This document shows, in pieces, positions 23,762 to 37,459 of a DNA stretch of 41,121 nucleotides. Numbering within the stretch: position 1 is the stretch's first letter; each line of letters begins with the position of its first letter. The translations under genes and the position numbers were made by a program. Below the pieces are notes generated by a model, which saw only the letters and a program-made list of their open reading frames with translations, was not told the origin of the DNA and did not search any database. Source of the DNA: Pseudovirgaria hyperparasitica (Eukaryota); NCBI GenBank assembly GCA_010093815.1, contig ML996585.1; one strand, given 5' to 3'.

Positions 23762-26700
23762 CTATATCTCTATAGAATTAAAGTATACGCCTATTACTAG
23801 TATATTAGATATAGCTATCTCTACCGTAGCTATATCTTCTTTTTCTAGGTCTAAGGCTTATATTCTTATACTTTTAATTACCTTATCTAATACGGTAAGT
23901 CTAGCCTTAACCTCTAAATAGTCTAAAATTAAAGTATACGTATATACTATAGGCCGATATTATCTATAGTAATAATATCTTATACTTATCTACGGCCACG
24001 TCTCCTTACGTAAGTATTAGTCTACTAATACTATAAAACTAGTAACTATTAGGTCTTATCCTTTATAGATCTACGAAGCTAATACTAGTAGAATATATAG
24101 AGAATCCAACTTAGTCAATCTAAATAATCTATATACCTTATTTAATTCGGACATACTTAGGCCGGCTAGTAAATATACTAATATTTTCGCTTATATATAT
24201 GGACGTAGTACCTATATATATTAGTAAATTACGTTACTAGTAGATAGTATAAACACTTATTAAGTATAGAAATATTAGGCTTACTAGTATAATATATATA
24301 AGTACGATTTTCTCTAGGTAGTTAGCGGATATTTATTACGCGTGTCTAGTACTTTTATTATAAATATTATTATTAATAAAGTTATAGATCTAGTTTACCT
24401 TCGAAGCGTGTTTATTAGCTAGTAATACTATCTCCTTTTATATAGTCTTATCTAGCTATAGAAGTACTTCGCATACGGGATTAGTAATTATCTTACTTAG
24501 TATACTATTATTACTATCCCTCTAACGCGTAAGCGTAATATTAATTTACTTATCTTCTATCTTTTTATTAGTAAGGTATATAAGTAGTATATATATAGTA
24601 GCTAGCCTAGCCTAGTAGTAGTATACGTTAAGCCTAGACCTAGTACCCCTATTTAATTTACTCTAGGCGGTAGATTATATCTATAAGTCCCGCGGCGTTC
24701 TATTAGACTATAGATTATTAAACTATTTACCTCTATTCTTGTATAACCGTATAATTATCTTCTCTAGTTCTATAGCTAGGATAGATATAAACTCTACTAC
24801 TAGCTTTAATATTATAGATAGATATATCTCTCTATTAAACTATTTAGTTAGTAGTCTCTATTATAGAATAAATAGTAAATACTAATCGGCTACTATACGT
24901 AGTATACGCTTACCTTCTATGGTTTCTAATACTCTATAGACTATTACAGCTATCGTATCTACTAGCTTACCTTTTATTAAACTAAGAAGTTTATTTAACT
25001 ATATTATAATAATCTTTCTTATAGTTTTATTCTATAGGCTCTCGAATACCCTTTTAGTAGTATTATTATTAATATAGTCGGGTAACTTATCCAGAGTATC
25101 TACCTCGATAGCTACTAGAATATCTACTAGACTATTTAAGAGGGGTGTTATACTAACCTATATACTAAATATAAAGGTATTATATATTATATATTTATAC
25201 TATTTTATATTAGGGTTCTTTATAGAATAGAACTTATCTACTATTAATATACCGAGGAATGCTACTTCGCGAGTTTAAGTGTTTTTAGTACTAAATTTTT
25301 TCACCCTCTTTATTCTTATAACCACGTGTTCTATAAAAGATTTAAGATATTAGAGTTCTATACTCTAGATAGTACTATAGATTATATAGTTCTTCGTATA
25401 TTGCGACGGAAATTTAGTAGTAGCGCTTCTATTAATAGAAATCGACTATACTCTAATAATATACTTCTTATTAGTCTTGAATTTAGTAGTATTACTAATA
25501 TTAACGCTATATTCCCATTCGGGGTGTAGGTATCTCTTAGCTAAGTATTATCGGTCTATATACGAGAATTATTAGATACTAGGGGCGTTAGTAAGGGTTT
25601 TTAAGTACGCTAGCTATACTATTATCTTTATTAGATTCTATTTATTAATCTAATTAGTAAATATACTATCCGTATTATTATATATCTATTTAAAGCGCTA
25701 TAGCTAATACGCTATTAGAAGGGACCTTAGATAGTATAGTATAAATAGTCCTTAAAGGCGGGGTATATAGATAAAATTATTAGTCTAGCTACACGGACAT
25801 TTAATCGGATATAGAGATTATATCGGGTACTTTCTATCTATACCCGAGTCTTAAGTCGGTTATAGATAATTTCCTAGATTAAGTTCTATATTATCGCGTA
25901 GAAAGTCCTAATAAAACACGAGGCGGATAAACGTTATAAGCATGATTATCTTCTCTAGCTCTAGACTATCTACTAAGATCTAGTACTTCTATAGACCTAC
26001 CCGCTACTTAAATATAGTAACTACCGCGAGTAACTAGCTAGCCTATAGCCTATATAACCTACTTATACTAAAGGCTAGATATAGAGTAGATATATGGCCG
26101 AACTCCTTTATTAGATCGTCTAGTATAAGTCTAAATATACTTATAGTAAGTAACCGTATCTCTTCCGTATAATAAGAGATAGCTTAGACTACTTTATTAG
26201 AGTTATTAATAGTAAATATTCTATAGATATATTAGTATAGTAGTATATATTCCTACTTACTTCTTAGTATAATTTACGCTTTCTATAGTTTCGTACTAAT
26301 ATTATTATCTACCGGAATTAAGTTCTCTATATCTAGCTTTACTTTATCTCTATTAGAGTTATTATCTATAGAAAGAATTTTAAAGTCAAGGCCGTTTGCT
26401 AATATACTATCTAATATATATCTACTATATAAATTATCTACTAATCTAAATAGTTCCTAGTTTTTACGTGTCTACTAGTCGATATCTAGTAATATAATAT
26501 ATTCTAGTTTTAGACGTTTCGGAGAATTAACTAGGTTTACTATATTATCTAAGAGTATCCTCTTTATTTCTAGTAGCCGTAGATAAGTCTCGCTAGTATC
26601 TAGAGGTATAACGGTATTTATAGGGGAATTATCTATATTAGTAATTATAGCCATATCTATCTTCGATACTACTCTAATGTTAGTATCTAGAACTATATAT

Positions 26701-27278
26701 ATATATATATATCTAAGTATACTAGCTACGTTATCTTCTATTTTAGTATCTTCTATATTCTCTTTCTCTATATATTCTAACGGTAACTATAGCTACGTAT
26801 CTATACCTATAGTATCTTTATCTAGTTTAGCCTCTATTATATCTATAGTTATAACCGTTAGTACTAACTTACCATTTATAGCCGTAATATACTAATTAAA
26901 TTCTCTAGTAACGGTTTCCTTAACTATTCTATAGAGTATAGTAGTATCTATACTACTAGTTTCAAGCTCTATTACTACTTCTTTACTTACTATCTTAATA
27001 ATAGTAGCCCTATATATATTATAACTTATTTCGGGTATTAGGTATAGGTCTTAGAGGTACTAGATATAAGGTAGGAGGGTACTAATACTTAAGGCCTCCG
27101 TACGTTATATATACGTGTTACGGTTAGCTATTCTATAGCTAGTAGTTAAACTAGGATAGTCGTGACTCTTATTATATCTATCTATTTCTATATATAACTT
27201 AGACTATAGGTTGTAAGACGGCGTTAATAGCGATAAGATATAAAAACTAGATTTAGATAGTAGAAGTTAAGTTACTAT
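23762..27278 (-). pseudogene. Divergent SWI2/SNF2-family ATPase (~1130 aa)
   Basis: Motif I LVDSLELEKIIM (de-RIP LADGPGLGKT, ~25975-25941); II VDKFYSIKNP (VDEFH..KNP, 25241-25212); III SITPLLN; LFIL**R; V G*DLIVT; VI *ISIRYYYYR*YR (Q...RCHR.GQ.R). Introns at 26277-26221 and 24260-24212. Confidence 0.85.
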
Positions 27279-27649
27279 GTTTAGTAATTATAATATAATT
27301 TTAATAAGTATAGAGAAAGTAAAGTATATAAGTAAATATTTAATTATTAGAGTAGATCTTATATAATTATAGTTATAGTAATAATATAGCTAGTAGAACC
27401 GGGCGTATCCTAACGTAAACTAGGTAGACGCCGGCTTATACTAGTATTATAATATCTTAACTAAATATATATACTATAGTTATATAGCTAGTAGAATCGG
27501 GTATATACTAATATATAGTAGGTAGAAGCCGTCTTATATCGGATTATATTACCTTAGCCAAGCACGCACGCTACTCTTACTACCTCTAGCACCCTTTTTA
27601 TTATTCTATTAGTCTTTAAAAGCGATATCTATATTCTCTATGTCTAAGG

Positions 27650-28860
27650 TACTTTTAAGGCTTTTAAAGTTACTATCTTTAGAGCTTATAGATTGGTCTT
27701 ACGACTTTCTAGATACTAATAGTAGTATATATAGTATCGCTAGAGGAAGGGTTAAGTCGTTTAGGTAATACTATCTACTATCTATAATACTATCTCTATG
27801 GGTATCTCTACCGTTATAGATAGTAGCTTTCTATTACTATTATTATACTAATTATAGTAAGTATAGTATTAGAGACGGAGGGGCGGATTTATTCGAGCGT
27901 AACCTATATATAGCCGTCTATACTATTATATACTAGTCGCTGGTTTATATTTCGTTTTACTTTAGATATACTATCTATATTCTATCTAAGGCTAAGGAGT
28001 ATTATACTATTACTATATTCTAGGATATATTTAATTACTAACTATAGGAGCCATCTAATATCTACCTCTAGTTCTATTTTACTTATTATATACTTAACTA
28101 CTAGTATAATAGAATACATGGTAGTATAGCTCTAGTTAAGTACCCTCCTAGTCTTTATTACGTATTAGACCCTAATTTACTATATAAATACTACTAAATT
28201 AATACACGAAGCGTTACTATAGTCTTTCTACTAGTTAGATATAGATACTAGTATTTTAAGGAATACGTTATCGTTAAACCTAATCATAAATTTAATTTTT
28301 CTTATAGTATATATATTAGTAGACTATAGAACTACTATAAGTATAGACTATAAGATCGTAGTATACGAGAGCTATAAGGTTATAATAAATAGAGGTTATA
28401 AGATCGTGATAGGCGGAGATTATAAGATTATAATAGATAGGGATTATAAGGTTATAGGATATAGAGCTATAATTACACGCCTCTTCTTATACTTAGAGAT
28501 AGTTTTTCTATAATATATAGTTTTCTATACTATAGTACGTACCTAGTCGTAGATATAGTATAGCGCCTTTATCTCTATATACTCTACTACTCTTTTCTAT
28601 ACTACTAGGAATTCGCCCGCTACCTTATTAATAATCTTATATACTCTTTTTATACCGAGCTCGTTCTTAGTTTAATATCTATAGTCTATAAGTAGAGTAG
28701 CTATATATACTTCTATATATAGCTACCTTATACACGCCTCTATAGCTTTATACTTTACTTATATATCTAGGCTTAAGATACGAAGTAGTACTATAGTAAT
28801 TACTATATTCGGATGGTTACTTTATTATAGAATCGGATTTAATATATTAATCATATATAG
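27650..28860 (-). pseudogene. Unknown protein with a 24-bp S/T/P/Q-rich linker repeat (possible upstream exons to ~29360)
   Basis: A long single frame with only RIP-type stops; 8-aa repeats like SPPITI(S)Q at ~28340-28460. Boundaries are uncertain. Confidence 0.55.
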
Positions 28861-29857
28861 TTAACGTGTATAGTTAATATAGTATTTATAATTTATAGAC
28901 TAATTATATAGTATATACGTAGTATATTATAGGCGTAAGAAAGATAGAGATATAGGTTAGACGATAGAGGTAGAAGCCGTAATAATAAGGCATCTACTAG
29001 GTGAATCTTATTTATATTCTTATTATTCCTTAAACACGCGTTTATAATATATATATAACTTAGCATGGCGTGGTCGGGCGTGTAGTTATTTACTTTATAT
29101 TATCTAATACCCTTAATAGAATTAGATAGCTATAATTCTTATCTTATAATATTATATCGTAGGCGACTACGTCTAGAACGGTATATGGCTATATATATAT
29201 AAGGTACCGTGTTAGTCTTATTCTATTTTATATTTATATACTTATCCCTAGGTACTCTCCGAGTATTATAAGTCTATATTTTATTATATTTAAGTATTAT
29301 ATCTTTCTATACTTTTAAAGTACACGATATTTAGATTTACTATATTCCGTATATATTATAGTTAAAGTCTAAAGGTAGAGACTTTAATTAGGGCGTATAT
29401 TTTTTTATATTTTCTCTTTAGATAGTAATATCTCCTAATATAAAGGCTAGAAGTAGTTTTAAAAGTATAAAGAGAATAACTAAAGGAAGTCTATATTATT
29501 AGGCCGGGGCTTATAATAGATATAGAATTATATTTATTTCTTAATTAGTCGGTACTAGTTAATGTATCTAGTGGCGCTATATTATCTAATAGCGCGTCTA
29601 TACTAGAGTAGACGTAATAGAAATACCCTTAATAGATCTTTAATAGAGCTAAACTATCTATCTAGTAGAATATTATAACTATATCTAAAATAAATATAGA
29701 GGTATACTTACTAAGAAGCCGTAACTAAGTAGCCCTAATATATAAGTCTAATTATATACTATTACTAATTAACTTCTATATCTTTATATATTATAATACC
29801 GCTATCTTAGTTGGTATCCTCGTAGTCTCTATCGTCCTAGCCGCTAGTAGTTACTTT

Positions 29858-29932
29858 ATTAGTAGTATTAGTTCTAGTAGTATTAGTTCTAGTAGTATTA
29901 GCTCTAGTAGTATTAGCTCTAGTAGTATTAAC
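29858..29932. repeat. 15-bp tandem repeat, ~5 copies, coding for the helicase C-terminal tail
   Basis: TAGTAGTATTAG(C/T)TC units; the minus frame reads NTTRA (de-RIP DAAGA-like). Confidence 0.8.
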
Positions 29933-32900
29933 TAGATTATTACCATTTATACGTGCTAGTAATTTAGTATAGCTAGAATAATAACGCCGAGTATAACTAG
30001 TAGTCTTATAATTATAGTAAAACGTACCTATAAGCGTCTTAGGTTTAGGGTAAATATTAGCTTTATAGCTAATATTCTAATAGTTATTATATATATATAT
30101 CGACCCTCTTAGATACTTAATAGACTTATATTCTTTAACGTTATATTTATAGTAGACTAGCGGCTTACGGGGCTTAGTACTATTAGTAGTTTATTAATTA
30201 CTTTATTCTCCCCTCTCTCTAATACTAAGTATAGAGTAACTATATTAGAGATTAGGTATATTAGAGGGTAGAGGGAGGCTATCTAGATCGGGGGTCGTGC
30301 ACGTGTATATCGTATAAATCTTAGAGTACTTATTCTATATCTCGCCAAGTACGCTATCTAGGACTTTCTACCTCTTAAGAGATATAAAGTTAGTAATAAT
30401 AACTATTATCTATTTAGCGCGCGTAATAGTAATAATATTATAGTTTACTTCTAAGAGGAAGCTAAAGCGATTGGTTTAGACCGGGTTAATAAGGACTATA
30501 TCGTTATTATAACCCTAAGAACCGTCCTATAAACGCTATTAGATAAGCTTCTATACTAGCTTAGGTAGAGTATTAAATTAAGCTTTATCCGCTATAGTAA
30601 GTATAGTTAGAAGCGAGTTTCTAACTATCCCTTTAAATAGATTACGTTAGGTAGCGTATATAGAAATATAGAGTACGCGATTAAGTATAATACTATAATA
30701 GAAGAGCTTAGTAATAATCTACTAAGTAAAACGTAATAAGTCTATATTATATATTAAGTTATTTACTATATACACGTAATCCCTATTAACGTTAGTATAT
30801 ATAATATATTAATAGCTATAGATTCTAAATATTTATTAAACGGTCTCTACGAGTAGTATATTAATATTATTTATTATATAGGGCGAGGTCGTTAGCTCGC
30901 CTAAGTAAGTAATTAGTAATATAACGTTTATTATTCTAGGAACTAAGTATTCTAACTCGGTAAGGCAAGTAGTTAGAAAACTATATTATATCTAGCGCTT
31001 TATAAAGGAGATTCTCTAGTTCGCGGTCTATATATTAGTACTATTATACTAGTAGGTATCGAGCTAGTATAGGTCGCTAATATAAATAAATATCGGTTAC
31101 TATTCTATAGTAGTATAATTAACGATAATTCTAAGTATATTACTTTTAAGGATATATATAGCCTCTTCTATTATAACTAAAATTAGATATATATTATAGG
31201 CTACCTTAGCGATATTTATAATATATAGGGTCTCTATATAAATCTAGATATAGATAGTAACTAGGTCCTAGATAGCGAGGTATAGCTCATTTATTCTATT
31301 ATACTTCTTCTTAGATATATCCTTATTATAAGCGTAATATTTATAGATAGTATATAATAGTTAAGCCGTTTCTTTCTCGAAATTCTTAGAGATCCATTTA
31401 TATTAGTATTAAGATTTAATAAGTCTAACGACCTCGAGTATAATATAACTAGTATATAGTTCCTATAGACGAGCACGGAGATCCGTACTATATTCTAATA
31501 GTTATTTACTATAGTCGGCCTAGGCTTACGTAAGGATAGTACCATCTATTATATTATTCTAGGTTAGCCCGATAAGAGGGTCGCCGTAATAAGATAGTCT
31601 AGCTATAGTAAAGAAAACCTCTTAATTAATAGCTTTGGGGCATCTTTAAAGAATAACTAGTATCTTTAGAGACTTATAGTAAGTAAATATATTACTTATA
31701 TATTTATATACTTTTCTTATAGCGTTGTCGTAGGTTTCGTTAGTTAGGCTAATAATAATATATATATATATTCTATATATTTAGATAGAACCTAGTATAG
31801 AAAGGTACGCTATTACATCGCTAGATAGAATAACTACCTTAGTAGTATAAGTAATAATAGAAGTACTATTTATTTCGTTAATTAGAAGTATAGCTAGTAG
31901 TAGATAAAGCTATAAATAGCTCTTACTAGCTCCTCCATAGCCGTGAAGTAGAAACTAAGCCCTAAGTACGTCCGTTATCTATATATATATATACTATTAT
32001 TAGAGAGATAGTTCTAAATATATAATATCCTAGAGATCGTAGAATCTTTTATAATCTTTAATATAGTGGTTATAGTCGATAGATTAAAGATTTAGATAGT
32101 TATTACTAAGTATTAGATTCTATATAGAGGGTAGTAAAGGGAATAGAATACTAGAGTAGACTTTAGATAATATTAGAAGTATATATATATTAGTAACGGG
32201 GCTAGTAATAGAACCTTCGTCGCTAATAATATCGTGACTATATTCTATATTTATATTCTTATTATTATCTAGGGATATAGATAATTTAGAAAGAGTAATA
32301 AGGGTATTCTAAGGCTCCGTACTATAATCTAGAATCTCGTTATTAGAGTTAGAGGACCTATATATTAGAGATATAGATACCGAGTCTACGATAATATTAA
32401 GGACTATTATATTAAATATATTCTAAGCGGCGTGGTTATCTACGCCGCCGTCTCTAGAAGCTTATATAGTATAGTAGGTTAGTTTCTAGTACGTATTAAT
32501 ATATTACTTAGTAAGCTTATTATAGATTTATATACTAACTAAAGCTAGAAGGTTCGTAAACCCTATAAGCGTAGTAAGAGATAACCTAATTATACTTAAA
32601 CTAGTATCGCTAGTCTAAATAAAATGTTTAGGATAAGCTTAAGTTATATTAGTAACCGTATCTATTAATATAATTAGTACCTTAGATACTTTAGAAAGAT
32701 ATCTAACCTTATTAAAGACTTTTAGAGCGAGGCATTTAAATAGAAGAATATCTAGGTAAAATTAAAGGACTTTAAAGCGGTATGTATCGTTATTATAATC
32801 CTTTAAATCTACTTTAAGGTACCTATAACTACCTAGTTCTATATAATAGAATCCTTTTGTATTAATAGAATAGATAATAGCTAAGAGCGCCTAAGTAATA

Positions 32901-33918
32901 TCTAAGAGCTAGATATATCTAATAGTAATATCTTAGAATTAGGATAATAGAAGATCTATCTATTTATCTTATAAGGTACTTATAGTAATATATATTAGAT
33001 AGTCGAATTTCTTATTAAATAACTCGCGGTAGAGAATAGAGATCTAGGGCTAAGTATCCGGCCTACTTAATATACTATATTATATATAGAGAGTAGTAAC
33101 TTCTATATACCATAAATTAATCGGATTACTCTCTAGTTTAAGCTTATTATTAAAGCCGGTAAGATCTATAGAGTTATATAGCGGTAGTAAGATATAAACT
33201 ATAGTATAAGTACCTAGATCTTCGAAGAATTACTTTACTTATTTATATATTATATTAGGTCTAATATATAATAGAATAGTAAAACCTATACTAAGAAGCT
33301 CGCTAGCTATAAGTTTAATAATCTAAAAGTCGTAAGAGTCTTTATAGAGGCTAGTATTAGTATATAGTATATTAGCTTTATCCGCTTCGCTTATAATAAG
33401 ATTAGAAAGTTTAGAAAAATACTTAATAAAGTTATCTACTTACTTAATCTTAAAGATCTATACTATAGAGTAGTTAGATAATAGAAGGATATTAGTATAA
33501 TTAAAGCGGAGTAAGCTTATTAAGAATACTAATTTCTCTTTATTAATCTATTAGAAGCGAGTATATAACTTAATCTAAGAGTAGTACTTAGGGAATTTAA
33601 GGAATCTATATATATAACTAATCGACTCTTTAAAGCCGTAACCTTTACTATAAGCCTTAAATACTACTAGCTTAAGCTTAGCTTAAGTTTTCGCTTATTC
33701 CTACTTAAGTCTATCTATTTCTCTACTAATACTATAGATATTTCTAAAGGTTAACTATAGATTACTCTATATAAGAGAGATCTAATAGATAGTATAAGTA
33801 GAAACGGGAGTCTTACTACTTTAGACCTTCTTAAGTTTATACTTATTATTAGAATAGTAGTTACTAATAAGTATACTAAAGACAAGTAGTTTATTATCGG
33901 TTAAGATAGTAGTTATAT

Positions 33919-34200
33919 TATAAGCTTCGACTTAAGTATAAGACTTAGCTTTAATATAAGGATTAGCTTAAATATAAGGCTTGGCTTAAATATAAGGCTT
34001 AGCTTAAATATAAGGATTAGCTTAAGCGTAAGGTTCGATTTAAATATAAGACTTAGCTTAAACGTAAGGCTCGACTTAAATGTAAGGCTTAACTTAAGTA
34101 TAAGGCTCGGCTTAAATGTAAGGCTTGACTTAAGTATAAGGCTCGACTTAAATATAAGGCTTAACTTAAATATAAGACTCGGCTTAAACGTAAGGCTTAA
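33919..34200. repeat. 18-bp tandem repeat, ~15.5 copies, coding for a hexapeptide at the helicase N-terminus
   Basis: Unit TGTAAGGCTCGACTTAAA-like; the minus frame gives (V/A)EP(Y/H)(I/V)(Q). Confidence 0.92.
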
Positions 34201-34639
34201 TTATATTAAGCGTAGACTAGTTCTAAATATTACTAAATATAACGAGTTCTTAATCTATATTATAAACTATAAATATAACCTCGTTAACTATTATATAGAA
34301 TAGACCTTAAGGGTTAATAGAGTCAAGTTCGACGTAGCGTTTATATATAGTTATAATTAATATAGAATAAAGTATAGAAGGTAAGATTTAGATTTAAAAA
34401 CTAAGATAAGTAGAGAAAAGGTTTATAGAAGTTTTCTTTTATAATATAGAGATAACTAAAGGAAGCTAAGATTAACGTAGGCTAAAGTAATAGTAGCTTA
34501 AGTAGTTTATAAAGTAGGGTAGTATACTACTATTATATAAGTCTAGTAGCTTACTAACTAAGTATATAGTATATTATAGAAGGCTATTAAATTAGAGCTT
34601 AGGTAAATATAGATATAAGTAAATAGTATTATATAAAAG

Positions 34640-35290
34640 TTTAGCCGTCTAATATACTAACGCTATAGATACTAAGTCTATCTTCTAAATTCTATAGTAA
34701 CTATCTCTTCTAGGTAGTAAGATATTACTAGCTATATCTTATCTATTCTATTTATAGTAGAGATACTATATATCCGTTAGTATACTAGCGTACGTATCTA
34801 ACTACCGCTTAAATATAACTTACCTTATACTATAATATATACTATTAAGCTAATATTATACTAATATTTATAGGTTCGTATCTATAAACTTCTCTTCTAT
34901 AATATTAAAACTAGTAATATTATCTAGTAATAGAACTATATAAGAAGAAGGCGGACTTAGTATATCTAGTTATATATAGACTTCTACTATCGCCTTAATA
35001 ACTACTACGCTAGTAGGCGCTTTCTCTCTAGCCCTAAATAGTATATAATATTGGACTTTTATACGTTCGCTCGAACTCTTAAGTATACTAGTATTATATA
35101 TTGATTTATAAGGTAATTAGATTATAATTACTAGTATATTAATATTAATAGGTAGAGTAGACGGGATAGTAGCGCTTAACTCTTCTAATATAACGTTAGC
35201 TAGCTAATAATATAATAGGTAAATATACTAGTCGCGTTATTATTAACGTCTATCGTCTAAGTAGATAAAGCGTTAACTATATCTATATTA
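34640..35290 (-). pseudogene. Unknown small spliced protein
   Basis: Frame with RIP-type stops and a canonical intron at 34823-34766 (GTAAGT...CTAAC...TAG). Ends are approximate. Confidence 0.5.
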
Positions 35291-35534
35291 AGTAGACTAG
35301 GGCGTACCTATATACTATTAATAAAAGATCTAAATCTAGTAAGGTATCCGCTATATATATAACTCTATATATAACTAATAACTAAAAACCTAAGATATAT
35401 AAATAGTATTAGGTCTACGGAAGAGCAATAGTATTATACTAGTATATACTAGATATACTAGTATATATTAGTATACGCCGCTTAGTCGTTATAATATATT
35501 AATATATACTAATATCTATTAGTATATATATATC

Positions 35535-36471
35535 TTAAGCTTATCTACGCGCGCTAGACGGAGGAATTCTACTACTATACTTATAGCGCGACGTTTCTAT
35601 ATAGTTAGATTATAGTTAATATATTATAGTAGGCTTCTAAATATACCGTTTATATCGCCCACGCGGAAAACTACCCGATCTAGTCCTAAGTCTAGTACCT
35701 ATTTAATAGTCTACTATAATACCTAGTCTAAACTATTCTTATAAAGAACTATATTACTTAACTTGCTTAGTAGAATCGGGTATTCTAGATAGACACGACT
35801 ATGCCTATAACCGTCTACGTCCTCTAGTATATCTATAGATAAGCTAATAAATTCTAATAGTTTATTTATACTAAGATCTACTATATTATGTATTTTTATA
35901 CTCTTAATATTTAATAGCGTTATACTATTCTATATAGCTATTATTAGTACTAGAGTAACCCGAGTATAATCATAGATAAGGACTATAGATATACGTATAT
36001 AATACGGCGGCACGGCTACTTTAGAAGATATAGATACTAGTAGTCTAATAGTTAAATAACTAGGTTAGCTAGATATATTAGGCGGGTTTATAGAGTATAT
36101 ATAATATTATAATAGCTTGTCTAGCCCGGGGCATCGTTTTAATATATATAATAGTATTTAGCTAACCGCCGCTAGTTACGTATAAATACTAAGAATATAG
36201 TATTAAGTTAATATATAGTATCTACCTATAAAATAGTATAACTACTATTAATAAATATATATTTATCCGCAACCGTCTGGAGGTAATACTCTCATTTTAT
36301 ATAGTGGTCCTTTACTTCCTTACTACGTAGGTTTAGTAATAGACTAGTAAATTCCTCTTAAATTAACTCTTCTATATATACCCGAAGTTTCTATCTATTA
36401 GACGCTCTAAATATATAAAGTATATTAAGACTCGCTTCTACTTGGCTATTTATTCGCGGCTAGCTAGATAT
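35535..36471 (-). pseudogene. Unknown protein, possible paralog of 27650-28860
   Basis: Coding-like frames with one apparent frameshift in a P/S/Q linker; intron 35646-35597 with CTAAC; C-terminal LD*VL**TIK*VLDLGLDRVVFRVG. Confidence 0.55.
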
Positions 36472-36732
36472 AGCTATAGATAGATAGAATAGAGAATAGA
36501 GTATATTACTAGGGTAATAGAGAGATAATATATATACTCTATATAATAGATGTAGGTATAACACGTATATTACGGCTATATTAACGTAAGTAGTCTATAT
36601 AGTTATTAGTAATAACTCGTTAATTTAATAGAGGCGGGGAAACATATAACTAGTATCCGATTCTATACTAATATAGAGCACGTAAAATAACGACGTTAAA
36701 TATATAATACTCTATACATAATATTAAGTATA

Positions 36733-37243
36733 ATAGATAATAGCCCTACTCTAGTAATACCATCTATATATAATAAAAGAGTAGTATAGTATATAGACAT
36801 GATAGGATAGTAGACCGTCTTTACGACTATATAGATCTACTACTAAAGAGAAATACTATAAGATCTAGTATATACTATTATAAATATACTATTATCTATT
36901 ATATTTAGGTATACTAACTTAGCGTATATAAAATATAGATAACTACTAACCTATTATAGTTCGCTATTATTTAAAGCCTAACGAGTAGAACTAAGGAATA
37001 ATCAGTAGAAATAGTTAGATATAAGAGTTTTTAGTAATTAGAGAATAGTCTAGATAGCTTAAGAGAAGGATAGAGAACCTTCGTAAAGTATATACTTATA
37101 TAATATTAATATATAAATATTTAAGAGAAGTATATAATACTAACTATTATCTCTATAATAGATTATTATTAATTAGTACTATTATTAAGAAGAGATAGAC
37201 GAGCGTAATAATAAATAATTATAGTAGTAAACCCTTATATTAA
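36733..37243 (+). pseudogene. Unknown small two-intron protein, divergent from the rest of the block
   Basis: Introns 36909-36959 and ~37083-37161, each with ACTAAC and TAG; splicing keeps the frame. Confidence 0.45.
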
Positions 37244-37459
37244 ACACGAACAATACAACATATTAGTACAGTATATTTATCTATTATAAGAATATACATC
37301 TAGTTACCATAGTTTCTAACAGTCTATATAAGAATATATATATTAATAATATAGTAATATAAGTCTAACTATACTTATAAGACTAGAGAAAGAATAAAGA
37401 AAGAGAAGAAGAAATATTAGAAGGGGGAGATACTTAAGAAAGACGTTTCCCTAGTAAGA

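Larger units (their letters stand above)
29807..34354 (-). pseudogene. UPF1/NAM7/DNA2-like SF1 helicase with three C-terminal CCHC zinc knuckles (~1515 codons, intronless)
   Basis: One frame throughout. Motif I LLHGYGGASKS (~31951-31919); II VIIEEA (31177-31160); III ISDLY*L (de-RIP GDPHQL); V DGS*GYNNDIVLI...NRFSFL; VI NIITITRAK. Three Y-x2-Y-x4-Y-x4-Y arrays (RIPed CCHC) at 30154-29978. Confidence 0.88.

Noticed and set aside
25326..26895. Supplied plus-strand ORFs 25326-25529 and 26677-26895
   Set aside because: Antisense to the SNF2 pseudogene.
29788..31286. Apparent plus-strand polyQ gene
   Set aside because: It is the codon-phase shadow of the minus-strand helicase, which carries the recognisable motifs.
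31291..31476. Supplied 61-aa minus-strand ORF
   Set aside because: An alternative frame inside the SF1 helicase.
33919..34200. CRISPR-like look of the 18-bp array (also the 20-bp and 27-bp arrays)
   Set aside because: Head-to-tail units with no unique spacers, a eukaryotic context and no cas genes.
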